Below, in pieces: positions 20,470 through 31,292 of a stretch of 64,000 nt of DNA. Both the position numbers and the translations under genes were made by a program. The notes beneath the pieces were generated by a model. It had not been told where the DNA came from. It searched no databases and saw only the letters and a program-made list of their open reading frames with translations. How positions within the stretch are numbered: the first letter of the stretch is position 1; the number at the start of each line of letters is the position of its first letter. The DNA is from an uncultured bacterium. GTDB taxonomy: Bacteria > Zhuqueibacterota > QNDG01 > DTFT01. The stretch spans positions 320,001 to 384,000 of the forward strand of contig CAVTNR010000012.1 in the NCBI GenBank assembly GCA_963736115.1, read 5' to 3'.

Positions 20470-21855
20470 TCAGGAAAGCGAATCGTCCTTGACCGGGGAG
20501 GTCCCGGCTGGGCCGGCTTTGCCGCGGAGCATCCGGGCCTGCTCGGCCCGGTTGAGTATGTTCTTCGCGGCCAGCAGCATGCCGCTGTACAAACAGATCT
20601 GGTACATCAGCGAATACTCATGGATGTCCGGACCGGCCATGAGAAAAATCATCATGGAAAGAATGCCCCCCAGAATGCCCATGGTCATATGAATGATGAA
20701 GGGGTGGCCGAGCCTGTGGTTCAGCAATTTCCAGAGGACGAACAGGATGCTCAGGAACCAACCAACAAAGATAATGCCGCCCGGGATCCCGAGCTCGGCG
20801 GCGATGAGCAGATAGGAATTGTGCACCATCCAGGCCCAGACATAGGCGAGATAATGCGTTTTTTCCTCCGGGGTCAGATAGTCCCAGGCGTTCTCCTGGT
20901 AATTGCCGAGGCCCACGCCGTTCACCGGGTGATCGCCGATCATCCGGTAGGCGACCTGGTATTGCGAGATCCGGGATTCATAGGAGTCATGCCGGCCTTC
21001 TCCGAACTGGTCCAGTATCTGGGTGTGATACCGGAACAGAAAAGCCGCCAGGAACAGAAACAGAACGGCGGAGGTCCACTTCACCTGCGACCGCAGGCGG
21101 TGGCGGATGGAACTCAGGAGCGCGACGAGCACGAATCCCGAAACCGCGCCGATCCAGGGACCGCGGGCATAGGTGGTGTACAGGGCGATCACGCCGAATA
21201 CGGACACCGCTCCGTAATACGCGGTCCAAGCGATTTTGGAGGGTTTGTAGTACAGAAACATTCGGAGCCCGAGGCTCAGCGCCATGGCCAGGTAATTGGC
21301 GTAAAAGGCGGGAACATAAAACGTGCCGAACGTCCGCCAGTCCACGCGCCACGAAGGCCGCTCCCCGAGGAACCAGACCCCCAGCGCGCCGAACTTCCAC
21401 TGGTAGACGCCGAGCAATGCCTCGATCAGCAGGCCGGCCAGCATGCCGTTCACGACGAGCCGCAGGTCCCGCAGATCACGAATGTTGTGGACCAGCACGA
21501 TGATGAGCAGATATCCCCGCATGTATTTTGAAATCTCGGCAACGGCCCAGCCGGGCTGTTTGCTCCAGGCGGCCGACAGCAGGCCCAGGGCGATGATGGC
21601 CAGCAGAAAGTGCCCGATCGGCGGATGCGAGAGCTTGACCCGCCTGCCGGAGAGCAGGCTGGCCACCAGCAGGGCGAGTAGGGGAAGGTCCGCCAGCATC
21701 AGCCCCGTGTAATGGTAGAATACCCACCCCGAAGTGAAAACGTACACGAACGATGCCAGCCCCAGAAAGTAGCGCCGCACGTCCTTCAGAAACAGGGGCA
21801 CCACGGCAAACAGCCCGAGCGAGAAAATCAGATAAATTATTTTCGAGGAATCCAT
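20470..21855 (-). CDS. O-antigen ligase / Wzy polymerase family protein
   Basis: Multi-TM; R..GTF....YANYL, TYARG.W, R......A..M..DHP..GVGLGNY, VHNSYL..AAELGI.G. Confidence 0.85.
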   Translation of the reverse strand: MDSSKIIYLIFSLGLFAVVPLFLKDVRRYFLGLASFVYVFTSGWVFYHYTGLMLADLPLLALLVASLLSGRRVKLSHPPIGHFLLAIIALGLLSAAWSKQPGWAVAEISKYMRGYLLIIVLVHNIRDLRDLRLVVNGMLAGLLIEALLGVYQWKFGALGVWFLGERPSWRVDWRTFGTFYVPAFYANYLAMALSLGLRMFLYYKPSKIAWTAYYGAVSVFGVIALYTTYARGPWIGAVSGFVLVALLSSIRHRLRSQVKWTSAVLFLFLAAFLFRYHTQILDQFGEGRHDSYESRISQYQVAYRMIGDHPVNGVGLGNYQENAWDYLTPEEKTHYLAYVWAWMVHNSYLLIAAELGIPGGIIFVGWFLSILFVLWKLLNHRLGHPFIIHMTMGILGGILSMMIFLMAGPDIHEYSLMYQICLYSGMLLAAKNILNRAEQARMLRGKAGPAGTSPVKDDSLS

Positions 21856-21857
21856 GC

Positions 21858-23130
21858 CTACCTGCTTGAACGGGTTCGCCCGCGAAGCCCGCGGAGCGGG
21901 GGGATACGCACCGCCGCGGCCGACGCGAACAGGATGAGAAACGGAATCAGGGGAATGCGGTACCGCGGCACGAAATGAACGGCCGAATAGAGAAGCACCG
22001 CGTATGCGAAAAAGCCGGTCAGGGGAAGCCAGAGCCGCCACTGACGCCGCGTGATCCAGAGGCCCGCGGCTCCCAGGACGAGAAGGGGATAATAGAAGAA
22101 GCCGAGCGCCGCAAGAACGAGCGGATTCACGGGCCGGCTTCTGCCGGTCGGGACATTTTCATAAATTTGAAAAATCGTCCGGAAGGCCTTGCTGAGGCAT
22201 ACCTTTATCCAGCCGAGCGGCCGGCCGCGGATGTTCCGGATCGCGTCCGCGATGAGCATGCGATCCTTTTCGGTTTCCGATTTCGCGCCCGCGGTGAGCG
22301 CCGTAATGGCTTCAGTCGATTCGCCGTGTCGGTACCGGCCGCCGCGCGGAACGTCGCTTCCGATCCAGATCTCCGCGCCCGCGCCCGTGGTCACCGGAAT
22401 GAATTCATGGAAGACCAGAGCGTTCCGGACCGTCCAGGGCAGGATCACCGCGGCCATGACCGCGGCCATCAGGATGAACCGCCTCCACCGGGCCCGGAGT
22501 CGGCGGTCGAGCAGGCAGAGCGCGAACAGAAAACCCGGGAAAAAGATAGAGGAGATTCCGGATCAGGACGCTGAGGCCCAGGAACAGGCCGGCCAGGGCC
22601 CAGTCGCGCCGCTTGTCGTCCCGGAAAGCGTCCAGCAGAAACCGGAAAGCGACCGCGGCCGCGAGCATGAAAAACGTTTCCGTGTACAGGTATCCGGTGA
22701 TCACGATCAGCTCCGGATAGAACGCGGTCCAGGCCGCGGCCAGCAGAGCGGCCCGATCCCCGAGGGTGCGCCGTCCGGTCGCGAAAACGGCCCACGGGAG
22801 CAGACCGCCGGCAATGGCCTGGATGATTTTAACGGCGAGCGCATGGAATCCGAACAGGCCGTAGACGCCGGCCAGAAAGGCGGGATAGAGAGGCGGCGCG
22901 AAGGCCGTGGGCCTCCGGACATACTCCCAGAACGCGTGCCGCTCCAGCATGAACTTCGCGACCCGGTTGTAGCGCACCGAATCCCCGAGGTCCTGCTCCG
23001 TGAAGCCGGAGAAGAACAGCACGAAGACCAGCCGGATCAGAACAGCCGCCGCGATGATCCACAGGAGCCGCCGGCCGGTCCGAGCCGCTTCCGCGGCCGG
23101 CCGCCCGGCGCTTTCGGACGCGTGCGTCAT
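21858..23130 (-). CDS. GT-C glycosyltransferase (ArnT/PMT-2, GT39/83-like), frameshift ~22535
   Basis: GDS..Y...A, PPLYP.FLA, L.TE..F, LAGL.LGL..L.R; second frame PWTVRN, PRYR.P..P. Confidence 0.8.
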
Positions 23131-23525
23131 GAACGGGCCTTTCGGCGGCCGGCCGGCCGTTTCCGGCCGGCGGACCGGCCGGCGGCCAGGCGGTCCACCT
23201 CCTCGCGCAGAAGGGCGATCTCCTGCGCGAGCGTCTTGTTCTGGCTGGTCAGGGTCGAAAGCACCACCGAATAATGGAGGGCGATGACCAGTCCGCAGAA
23301 GACCGCGGCCGCGAACAGGGCCGAGGGCGGGTAGAAAATCCCGATCCATGCGGCAAAGCCCTTCAACAGCTGTGTCCACACCGAAAGCACCACCATCACC
23401 ACGGCCGAGGCGATCCAGAGAATGGAGTACTTTTCCTGAAGCCGGTTCTTCCGGATGAGCTGGAAGATCACGGCCAGGAGAATGACCCCGAGGCCCAGGG
23501 CGGCGATTGTCATGCGGGTCTGCAT
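23127..23525 (-). CDS. DUF2304-family small membrane protein
   Basis: LIRK..L.EKYS.LW, GI.YPP.ALF, LAQE.AL; typically paired with the adjacent GT2. Confidence 0.82.
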   Translation of the reverse strand: MQTRMTIAALGLGVILLAVIFQLIRKNRLQEKYSILWIASAVVMVVLSVWTQLLKGFAAWIGIFYPPSALFAAAVFCGLVIALHYSVVLSTLTSQNKTLAQEIALLREEVDRLAAGRSAGRKRPAGRRKARS

Positions 23526-23532
23526 AATCCCT

Positions 23533-24255
23533 CTATCGGTTGGTTCTGGCCTTGAAACAGTCCACGAATATCGCGAGCAGGACCTTGATCATGTAATAGA
23601 CCGAGCGGAACGAGGAGATGGAAGAGCGGCCGTGCCCGCGCTCGCGCATGCGGATCGGCACCTCCCGGATGCGGAACCCGTTGCGGCCGAGCAGGACCAC
23701 CGATTCCGGCTCGGGATAGTCCTGCGGGTAATGCTCCGACAGAAAGGCGAGCGCCTTCCGGTTGTAGGCCCGGAACCCGGATGTGTTGTCCGTAATGGTC
23801 TGACCCAGCACCCATGAATTGACGCGCTCGAAAACACGCGTGCCCACCCGTCTCAGCCGCGTGGTCGTATACCCCCCGGCGCTCAGGAACCGGGAGCCGA
23901 TCACGACGTCCGCTCCGTCCGGCCCCAGGGCCGCGAGCAGGGCCGGGATTTCGGACGGCACGTGCTGTCCGTCACCGTCGACCTGCACCGCGGCATCGTA
24001 CCCGTTCCGCACCGCGTAGCGGAATCCGGTCTGCACCGCGCCGCCGATGCCGAGATTGTAGGGCAGGCGGACCACGGTCGCGCCAGCCGCGGCCGCCTTC
24101 TCCGCGGTCCGGTCCGACGATCCGTCGTCCACCACCAGCACGTCAACGGCCGGCCGCACCGCGAGCAGTTCGCGGACCACGTCCGAGACGCCGCCGGCTT
24201 CATTGAAGGCGGGGACCACGGCAAGCACGGCCGGAGCCGGGGCTTTCCGTTTCAT
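23533..24255 (-). CDS. GT2 polyprenol-phosphate glycosyltransferase (DPM1-like)
   Basis: VPAFNE, VVDDGS.D.T, NLGIGGAVQTG, VDGDGQH, GSRF, D.TSGFRA, DYPEPE. Confidence 0.92.
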   Translation of the reverse strand: MKRKAPAPAVLAVVPAFNEAGGVSDVVRELLAVRPAVDVLVVDDGSSDRTAEKAAAAGATVVRLPYNLGIGGAVQTGFRYAVRNGYDAAVQVDGDGQHVPSEIPALLAALGPDGADVVIGSRFLSAGGYTTTRLRRVGTRVFERVNSWVLGQTITDNTSGFRAYNRKALAFLSEHYPQDYPEPESVVLLGRNGFRIREVPIRMRERGHGRSSISSFRSVYYMIKVLLAIFVDCFKARTNR

Positions 24256-26177
24256 GGTCCCTCCTCCCCCGGCGCCGACGGTCCCGCCGGCTCGACGCGG
24301 TACACCACCGTGCGTATCCCGCCCGGCTGGTCGGACGCGTACACAAGACGGAGTCCCTCGGGCGGCCCGCCCTCCGTGAGGAGAGGCGCGAGATTGGGGA
24401 ACCAGAACAGGGTTCTGGAACTGAACACCATGTATTCCACGCCCCGGTTCCGGGCATAGGCCAGGTTCCTGGAAACGTCGTCATAGGAGAAGGACGCGCC
24501 CTTGCGCATGTCATACTGGCCGGCGTAAAAGTCCACAGCCTTGTTGAGGCTCATCAGAACCGGCGGCCGGCCGTTCTCCCGGAGCAGCCAGCGGCCCGCT
24601 TCCTTCAATTCGACGGGGTCCGCCCAGGCGCCGGTTGAATCGGTCCGGATGCCGGCCAGACGCGCGGTTTCAGGCAGCAGGCCGAAAACGAAAATCACGG
24701 CCGCGGTCGCAAAGGCCGCGGCCCTTCCTGCAACCGCGGAACCGGTATTCCTGCTTTTCCGCTGAGCGAAACGCCTCGGGAAGGAATCGGACAGAAAATG
24801 CGCCGTTCTTTCCGCAACGAAAACAGTTCCCCGCCCGATCCACGGCAGCATGAGCGGAAAAAGGGGCAGAAAATACCGTTCATTCACATGGAACATCGGG
24901 ATCACGGCCAGCCAGAAAAACGCCGGAAAGGCCAGACCGTAAACCGCGAAATCCCAACGCCGGAAATCGGAAACGCCTCCGAGCAGACCGGCCGCGAAAA
25001 GCGCCAGCAGCAGGGCCGAAAAAAGCTGGGGAATGAACTGCTTGAGGACGCGGTAATAATTCTTCGCGAACTTGACAGCGGTCTGCGAGAGTGGAATCTC
25101 GGCAACGCGTTCACGGCCGCCCTCCACGGCCGCCAGTTCCCGGAGCGTGCCGGAATGATACGCCATGTCCACCGGCAGATGCCGGTTGTCCGGCGTCAGG
25201 TGATAGAAGGGATCCGGGTTGGATTCGTCCTGGAAATAGACCGCGGACTCGAACTGCTGGTTCACCGAGCCCTTGGACGACAGGGTCCACGCGCCTGTCT
25301 CGGCGCGCAGATAAACCCAGTACGGCGCCGCCAGAATCAGGAATCCGGCCGACGCGCATGCCGCGGCCGCGATCGCGCGGTTGCGGGCCGGAGAGCGGAA
25401 CAGGAAGAAGAAAAACGCGGCCGCCAGAAAGACCAGGAGAAATCCGATGCCTTCAGGCCGGACGAGATACGCCGCGCCCCAGAGGAGACCCGCACCGGCT
25501 GCATGGAGTCCCGGGTTCAGCCTTTCAAGAATCCCGGACGGATGTCCGGGCCCCGTCCGGTCGGTCATGCGGCCCCGAAGGACGGGCTCCGGCTTCGAAC
25601 CCGTTCCGCGGCCGGTTTTCCCGCCCGCGGTCAGCGCCTTCCATGCGATCCAGATCCCTCCCAGTCCGAGAGCGGAAAACAGGGATTCGGGCATGACATT
25701 GGTGGAGACGAAAGCCAAAGGCGGGTAAAAGGCCGCGAATCCGGCCGCGATCAGAGATTCCTTTTTCCCGAACAGGACGCCGGACATGCGGAACACCAGC
25801 CATACGGTGACGCATGCGGACACCAGGTTCACCAGCCGGCCCGCGGTTTCCAGGTCTCCGGTCAGAGGCTTGAAAAAAGCGATTACCAGCGGAAAAAAAG
25901 GCGGCCAGTACGGATGCAGAAGCCCGGTGAACCCGCGCTCGAGAAAGGATCCGGCCAGCCGCAGGTAATGGGGCTCGTCAAAGCTCACCGCCTGCCTGAA
26001 TGCGAGAATGAGCACGATGCGGAAAATCGCGGCGCCGAGCAGAATGGCCGCGGGCCGGGTGTCGATCCCGGCGAATGGCCGGGCCGGGACGGACGCATCC
26101 CGCTTCGCGGCTGGGACGGGACGGACCGGCCGCTGTGCGGGCCCTGTCCCGGTTTTTTTTCGAACGATGGACTTCAT
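24252..26177 (-). CDS. GT-C glycosyltransferase (PMT/ArnT-like)
   Basis: FDE..Y...A, WPP.FP, N..PE.LF, AYL.RPEG, ERY.LP; multi-TM. Start chosen at the ATGA overlap with rfbD. Confidence 0.8.
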   Translation of the reverse strand: MKSIVRKKTGTGPAQRPVRPVPAAKRDASVPARPFAGIDTRPAAILLGAAIFRIVLILAFRQAVSFDEPHYLRLAGSFLERGFTGLLHPYWPPFFPLVIAFFKPLTGDLETAGRLVNLVSACVTVWLVFRMSGVLFGKKESLIAAGFAAFYPPLAFVSTNVMPESLFSALGLGGIWIAWKALTAGGKTGRGTGSKPEPVLRGRMTDRTGPGHPSGILERLNPGLHAAGAGLLWGAAYLVRPEGIGFLLVFLAAAFFFFLFRSPARNRAIAAAACASAGFLILAAPYWVYLRAETGAWTLSSKGSVNQQFESAVYFQDESNPDPFYHLTPDNRHLPVDMAYHSGTLRELAAVEGGRERVAEIPLSQTAVKFAKNYYRVLKQFIPQLFSALLLALFAAGLLGGVSDFRRWDFAVYGLAFPAFFWLAVIPMFHVNERYFLPLFPLMLPWIGRGTVFVAERTAHFLSDSFPRRFAQRKSRNTGSAVAGRAAAFATAAVIFVFGLLPETARLAGIRTDSTGAWADPVELKEAGRWLLRENGRPPVLMSLNKAVDFYAGQYDMRKGASFSYDDVSRNLAYARNRGVEYMVFSSRTLFWFPNLAPLLTEGGPPEGLRLVYASDQPGGIRTVVYRVEPAGPSAPGEEGP

Positions 26178-27091
26178 GAAAGAGGTCTCCATTGTCCCGC
26201 GGCTTCCATCTGCCCTCGGACGATTTTCAACGCCTCCTCGGCGGACGAAAGCGTGAAACCGAATTCGGCTTTCAGCTTTCCGGAATCCAGGCCGGAACGG
26301 AGCGGACGGGGCGCGGGCTGTCGGAAGGACGCGCTCGTCACGGGCCGAATGAGCGAAGCGTCCAGCCCGAACACGGACGCGGCCTTGACCGCGAAATCGT
26401 ACCGGTTCAACCATTCCGACCCGGCCGTGTGGTACAGGCCCGAGGCGCCGCGATCCACCAGCAGGAGGACGGCCCGCGCCAGGTCGTCCGCGAGCGTCGG
26501 GTGGCCGACCTGGTCGGTGACGATGGAAACCGGCTCCCCGGCCGACAGCTTGCGGACCAGCCACGTGACGAAATTATCCCGTATCCCCGGGGCGAAACCG
26601 AACAGCACCATGGTCCTCGCGATCACCGCGTCCGGGAGCTCGGTCCGAACGGCCCGCTCGCCTTCGAGCTTGGTCCGGCCGTAATGGCTGAGGGGATTCG
26701 TCTCATCCGTCTCGGTGTAGGGGCCCGCGGTTCCGTCGAACACGTAATCCGTGGAAATGTGCGCCATCCGCAGTCCCTGTTTCCGGCACGCGGCCGCGAC
26801 GTTCCGGGCGCCGTCCACGTTGACGGCCCATGATTCCTCCCGCCGCGTTTCGCATCCGTCCACGTCCGTGAACGCTGCCGTGTGGATCACGGCGTCCGGA
26901 CGCGTGCGCTCCAGAACGCCCGCGACCTGTTCCGCGGAGGTCACGTCGCACCGGGCATAGACTTCCGCGGAGGACCCGGCGGCCGGGCTTTCCTGGATGT
27001 CCAGCGAAACGGCGCGGAACCGGGATGCGGCCGCTTCCAGGACCTTCAGTCCCAGCAGGCCGTTTCCGCCCGTGACGGCCAGCGTCTTCAT
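26174..27091 (-). CDS. rfbD: dTDP-4-dehydrorhamnose reductase
   Basis: VTGGNGLLG, HTAAFTDVD.CE, ISTDYVFDG, YGRTKLEGE, DQ.G.PT, APRP. Confidence 0.92.
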   Translation of the reverse strand: MKTLAVTGGNGLLGLKVLEAAASRFRAVSLDIQESPAAGSSAEVYARCDVTSAEQVAGVLERTRPDAVIHTAAFTDVDGCETRREESWAVNVDGARNVAAACRKQGLRMAHISTDYVFDGTAGPYTETDETNPLSHYGRTKLEGERAVRTELPDAVIARTMVLFGFAPGIRDNFVTWLVRKLSAGEPVSIVTDQVGHPTLADDLARAVLLLVDRGASGLYHTAGSEWLNRYDFAVKAASVFGLDASLIRPVTSASFRQPAPRPLRSGLDSGKLKAEFGFTLSSAEEALKIVRGQMEAAGQWRPLS

Positions 27092-28188
27092 CGCTTGCCC
27101 GACAGGGAGCGGAACAGCCGCTCGTACTGCGCGGCGACGCCGTCCCATGAATACCGCTCTTCCGCGCGCCGCTTCGCCGCCCGGCCGTAGTCCCGGACCT
27201 CGGAGGGCCGCGCCAGCATTCTCTGCATTTTGTCGGTCAGCGAGGGGACATCGGACGCGCGGAAATACTCGCCCGCGTTCCCCAGCACCTCGCGGTGCTC
27301 CGGCACGTCGTTGGCGAGAATGCAGTTGCCGTGCGCCATGGCTTCGATCAGGGCCGGATGCGTGCCCCCCACCTCGGTGGCCTGGATGTAGGCGTAGGCG
27401 TGCGATTGGAACTCGCGGTAGCCCCGGCCGAACACGTATCCCGTGAACACGATCCGTTTGTCGGCCGTGGCCTTCAGCTCCCGGATGTAATCGGAGCTGA
27501 AGGGCGCGTCGCCCACGATCACCAGGCGGCGATCCGTAGCCACCCGCTCAAAGGCGCGGATCACGGCCAGGGCGTTGTTCTCCGGCTCGAGCCGGCTGAC
27601 ATACAGAAAATACCGGCCCGGCCTGACACCGAAGCGGTCAAGCGCGCCCGTGGTTTTGATCCGCTCCGCCTGCGCGCCGTAGGGGATGAAGACGCTTTCG
27701 CGTCCGAACCGGCTCAGGTAGTACTGCCGCACCACCTCCGCGTCCGTCACCACCGCGTGCGGAAGCAGGGTCGACAGGTATTCGGACATGCGGTACACCG
27801 CGCGGCCGAAAGAATTCCACTTGGCCCTCTGCCACTCCAGACCGTCGACGTTGAGGGCGACCCGGTGACCGGTCAGCCGCGGCCCGATCGTGCAGATGGC
27901 GTTCGCGCTGTTGCAGAACAGCAGAGCGTCGTACCGGCGCCACATGACGTGGCCCGCGGACAGCGCCGTGTGCACGGGCGTATCCAGGTACTTGTGCATG
28001 AGGGTCGGCAGAAGAACGAGCCGGACGCCGCGGTACCGCCTGTCTTTGGTCCGGATGTAATTCGAGCGGCCGTACACGGTCACGTCATGCCCGCGTTCGG
28101 CCAGACGCACGGACAATTCCTCCGCGAAGGTCTCGAATCCGCCGTAATTCGCCGGTATGCCCCGGGTTCCGAGAATGGCGATGCGCAT
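27088..28188 (-). CDS. GT4 glycosyltransferase with DUF1972-like N-terminus (rhamnosyltransferase-like)
   Basis: MRIAILGTRGIPANYGGFETFAEEL, NVDGLEW.R.KW, RLEPENN, EVGGTHPALIEAM. Confidence 0.92.
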   Translation of the reverse strand: MRIAILGTRGIPANYGGFETFAEELSVRLAERGHDVTVYGRSNYIRTKDRRYRGVRLVLLPTLMHKYLDTPVHTALSAGHVMWRRYDALLFCNSANAICTIGPRLTGHRVALNVDGLEWQRAKWNSFGRAVYRMSEYLSTLLPHAVVTDAEVVRQYYLSRFGRESVFIPYGAQAERIKTTGALDRFGVRPGRYFLYVSRLEPENNALAVIRAFERVATDRRLVIVGDAPFSSDYIRELKATADKRIVFTGYVFGRGYREFQSHAYAYIQATEVGGTHPALIEAMAHGNCILANDVPEHREVLGNAGEYFRASDVPSLTDKMQRMLARPSEVRDYGRAAKRRAEERYSWDGVAAQYERLFRSLSGKR

Positions 28189-28200
28189 GCGGCGGCCTCC

Positions 28201-29643
28201 CTATGCCGATTCCGGAGGCGGGGACGGCGCCGGGCCCGGAGACCGCGAAAAAATCTTCAGGTCGTCGCGCCGCAGTTCGCCCGTGGCCAGCAGAATGCCG
28301 GCGAAAGCGGCGGTTCCCGCGGCCCCGGCCGCGATGAACCACGGCCCCCGGACGGGCAGAAAGAACAGGCAGATCAGAAGCCCGGCGGTCGCCAGCCCGA
28401 TGCGGCCGATCGAGGCGGGACCCGGGAAGGCCGCGTATTTGCGGAGCACGTCGGCCGCGCCCCAGACGCAGGCGAGTCCGATGGAGACCAGCGCCGCGTA
28501 GGCCGGGCCCCGGGCGCCGAGCCGGGGCGCCAGAACCGCGATCAGGACCAGGTCGACGGCCACTGAAGCGGCCGCGATTTTGGAGGCCTGACGGGGCCGT
28601 CCGTCCGCGCTGATCAGAGTCAGGAGCATGTTCAGCACGGCCATGGCCGTCATGGCCAGGACCAGAATGCCGAGCAGAGGCGCCGCGGGCAGATACGCGT
28701 CCGGGAACAGAAGGAGCAGGATCTCCCGCTTGTACACGGTTATCATCACGCAGAGGGGAATGAGCATGAACGCCGCGAACCGGACGGCGTTGGCAATGGT
28801 CCGACCCGCCCGTTCGACCGCGCCCGAGGCAAGCGCCTCGGAAATGACCGGCATGAGTACGGCCGAAAGCCCGGCCAGGCCGTAATAGGGAATTCGGGAC
28901 AAAGTCGCGGCCACGTAGTAATGCCCGCTGGCCTGGTCCCCGAAAAGAGTCCGGACCGACCAGAGATCGACGGACATCAGCAGTTGGGTCATCAGGGAAT
29001 ACAGGAGCGCGGGCAGTGCGAAGCGGACCAGTTCACGGCCGTACGCCGGCGGCCGGACGCGGCGGTCGTCCACCAGAGCCCAGGCGAAGGCAAGGGAAAG
29101 GGCGGAACCGAGAATATTGCCCGCGAATGCGGAGTCCAGAGCCGGATGAAGCCGGTACAGCAGGATAATGGAACCGAGCTTGGCCAGGCCGTAAAATACG
29201 TAACAGACGCCCTGCCTGCCGAATGCGCGCCTGCCGTTGTGATACGCGACGATCAGGTGGAAGAATCCGTAAAAAGGCAGGTTCAGGAAAGCCAGCCGGA
29301 AATACGGCGTCAGATGCGGATCCCTGAAAAAACCGGCGAAGAGCGGCGCGGCCAGGACGAGCAGAACCGTCAGGCCGAGAGTCACGGCCGCCTGTATCCG
29401 CAGCGCGGCCTGGAGTATGGAACGGGATTCGCTTTCATGCGCGGACGTGTACTTCTGCACGGCGAACGGCAGTCCGGTGATGACCAGAATCTCGATCCAG
29501 AGCAGGACGGTCATTACGGTGCCGTAATCGCCGAAGGACCCCAGGGGGAACCAGCGCGCGAGAACGAGATTGAGACCGTACCCGGTGACGAGAATGGCGA
29601 ACCATCCGGCCATCAGGTACAGGGCGCCCCGCTTGAGGTTCAC
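28201..29643 (-). CDS. Wzx-type polysaccharide flippase
   Basis: MOP-like multi-TM; FG.YG.V, D...V, G.Y..A..L, L.P.IS, GA.G.A.A. Confidence 0.8.
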   Translation of the reverse strand: MNLKRGALYLMAGWFAILVTGYGLNLVLARWFPLGSFGDYGTVMTVLLWIEILVITGLPFAVQKYTSAHESESRSILQAALRIQAAVTLGLTVLLVLAAPLFAGFFRDPHLTPYFRLAFLNLPFYGFFHLIVAYHNGRRAFGRQGVCYVFYGLAKLGSIILLYRLHPALDSAFAGNILGSALSLAFAWALVDDRRVRPPAYGRELVRFALPALLYSLMTQLLMSVDLWSVRTLFGDQASGHYYVAATLSRIPYYGLAGLSAVLMPVISEALASGAVERAGRTIANAVRFAAFMLIPLCVMITVYKREILLLLFPDAYLPAAPLLGILVLAMTAMAVLNMLLTLISADGRPRQASKIAAASVAVDLVLIAVLAPRLGARGPAYAALVSIGLACVWGAADVLRKYAAFPGPASIGRIGLATAGLLICLFFLPVRGPWFIAAGAAGTAAFAGILLATGELRRDDLKIFSRSPGPAPSPPPESA

Positions 29644-31292
29644 GGACGGCCCTCCGCATCCTTCGGCCACTTGAAGGTCAGCACGGTGCCGTTCGCCGTG
29701 GCCGCGGCAGGACCCAGGCGCTCCGTCAGCCAGGCGCGGACATCAGGCGTGATATGGGCCGTGTTCTCGAAGTGGAAGGACGTGACGAGAATCCACCCGC
29801 GGTCACGGCCCTCCACCAGGGCCCGGAGCGAATCGAGGGAAGCGACGCAGGGCACGCCCGCGTACACATCCAGAATGCGGCCCCGGCCGTCCTTCGAAAA
29901 ATTCTCCATGACGGACTGTTCGGCGACGGCCCGGTTCAGGCACCAATCGGAACGGAGACCGTAGTAAAGCGCGGCCTGCGGCAGGCTGGTGATCACGCAA
30001 TCACCCTCCTGCATCGCGGCCCGGGCGGCCGCGGACGCCTCGCGCCATTCCTCGGGCGTGACCGCGGTGTTGGTGACGCCGTCCGGCAGAAAGGGGATGT
30101 GCGCCGTGATGCGGAGCCAGGGCGAGATGATAAAAACGGAACACGCGGCCGCGGCGAGCAGAAAGCGCGCAGGCCGGCGGTCCTTTCCGATCCGTTCCAG
30201 CTCGCCTTCAACCAGCCGGACGAATCCATAGGCCGCGATCATGAGAAAAAACGGATACACGAAAAACAGGTACGTCGGCTCGCGGTGACTGAACACCAGT
30301 GTCAGCATGGCCAGGGGCGCGGCGAATAGGCACCAGACCAGCCAGCCGCCGCGGACCGGCCTGGAGATGAGCATCAGCGTGCCGATGAAGAACAGGGCCG
30401 CCAGCGGAAAGCGCTGTCCGGAGACAAGAAAGTCGAGCAGAAGCGTCCGGATCCGGGCCGCGGATTCACCGGCCGCCCAGGGCGGCGTATAAAACAGAAA
30501 ATAAGATGCGGTCGATCGCAGTCCCGGAAGCAGAAGCAGGGCCGCGGCCGAGGCGAGGATGGAAAGCGCGGCCGCGATCGTGTATTTATTCAGGAGCCGG
30601 TTCCGGCCCCTCGCGACCGAACCTTCAACCGCGGCCGAGGCGAACCAGTACAGAAGAACGCCCGGCAGGAGAAGCGCGACCAGGGGATGGACCCAGAAGA
30701 AAGCAGTCGCGGTCAGAACAACGAATCCCGCCAGCCACGGCAGGGAAAGACCTTCACCGCGAATCCGCTTCAGCAGGCTGGACGCAACCCGGCCCGGTTC
30801 GCTTTTCTTCTCGAAACCGTTCAGGAACATCCACGCAAGGCACAGTGTCACAGCCTGCAGGAGGGTGTACATGCGGGCGGTGCGGGACCATCCGACCTCG
30901 AAGTGAGAGAATGCGACAAAGAAAGCGGTGAGCAGACCGGTGTTCGTCCCGAATAAGCGGCGGGCCAGGCTGTACGCGATCCAGATGGACAGGATGCCGA
31001 ACAGGGCCGACGGAAGCCGCGTCGCCGCTTCGTTCATCCCGAACAGGCGGTAGGTCAGGGCCGTGGTCAGGGTCAGCGCCTGGGCCCGGCCGTCCTGCTT
31101 GCCCGATGGAAAGAGGTCCTTCCCGGCCTCATTCCAGGACCGGGCGGAGAAATGCGTGTTGAACTCGTCGACCCAGAGGCTGGCCGTGCCCAGGTTCCAG
31201 AGGCGGAGAAAGCCGCCCGCTGCGAGCAGACCGGCCAGAATCAGGATGCGGATAGTCCGGTTCTCCGTTGTCCATCGGACGGATGGGTTCAT
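29640..31292 (-). CDS. GT-C glycosyltransferase (GT39-like)
   Basis: LRL.NLG..SLWVDE, E...RLPSA.FG, S..ARMY; multi-TM. Confidence 0.85.
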   Translation of the reverse strand: MNPSVRWTTENRTIRILILAGLLAAGGFLRLWNLGTASLWVDEFNTHFSARSWNEAGKDLFPSGKQDGRAQALTLTTALTYRLFGMNEAATRLPSALFGILSIWIAYSLARRLFGTNTGLLTAFFVAFSHFEVGWSRTARMYTLLQAVTLCLAWMFLNGFEKKSEPGRVASSLLKRIRGEGLSLPWLAGFVVLTATAFFWVHPLVALLLPGVLLYWFASAAVEGSVARGRNRLLNKYTIAAALSILASAAALLLLPGLRSTASYFLFYTPPWAAGESAARIRTLLLDFLVSGQRFPLAALFFIGTLMLISRPVRGGWLVWCLFAAPLAMLTLVFSHREPTYLFFVYPFFLMIAAYGFVRLVEGELERIGKDRRPARFLLAAAACSVFIISPWLRITAHIPFLPDGVTNTAVTPEEWREASAAARAAMQEGDCVITSLPQAALYYGLRSDWCLNRAVAEQSVMENFSKDGRGRILDVYAGVPCVASLDSLRALVEGRDRGWILVTSFHFENTAHITPDVRAWLTERLGPAAATANGTVLTFKWPKDAEGRP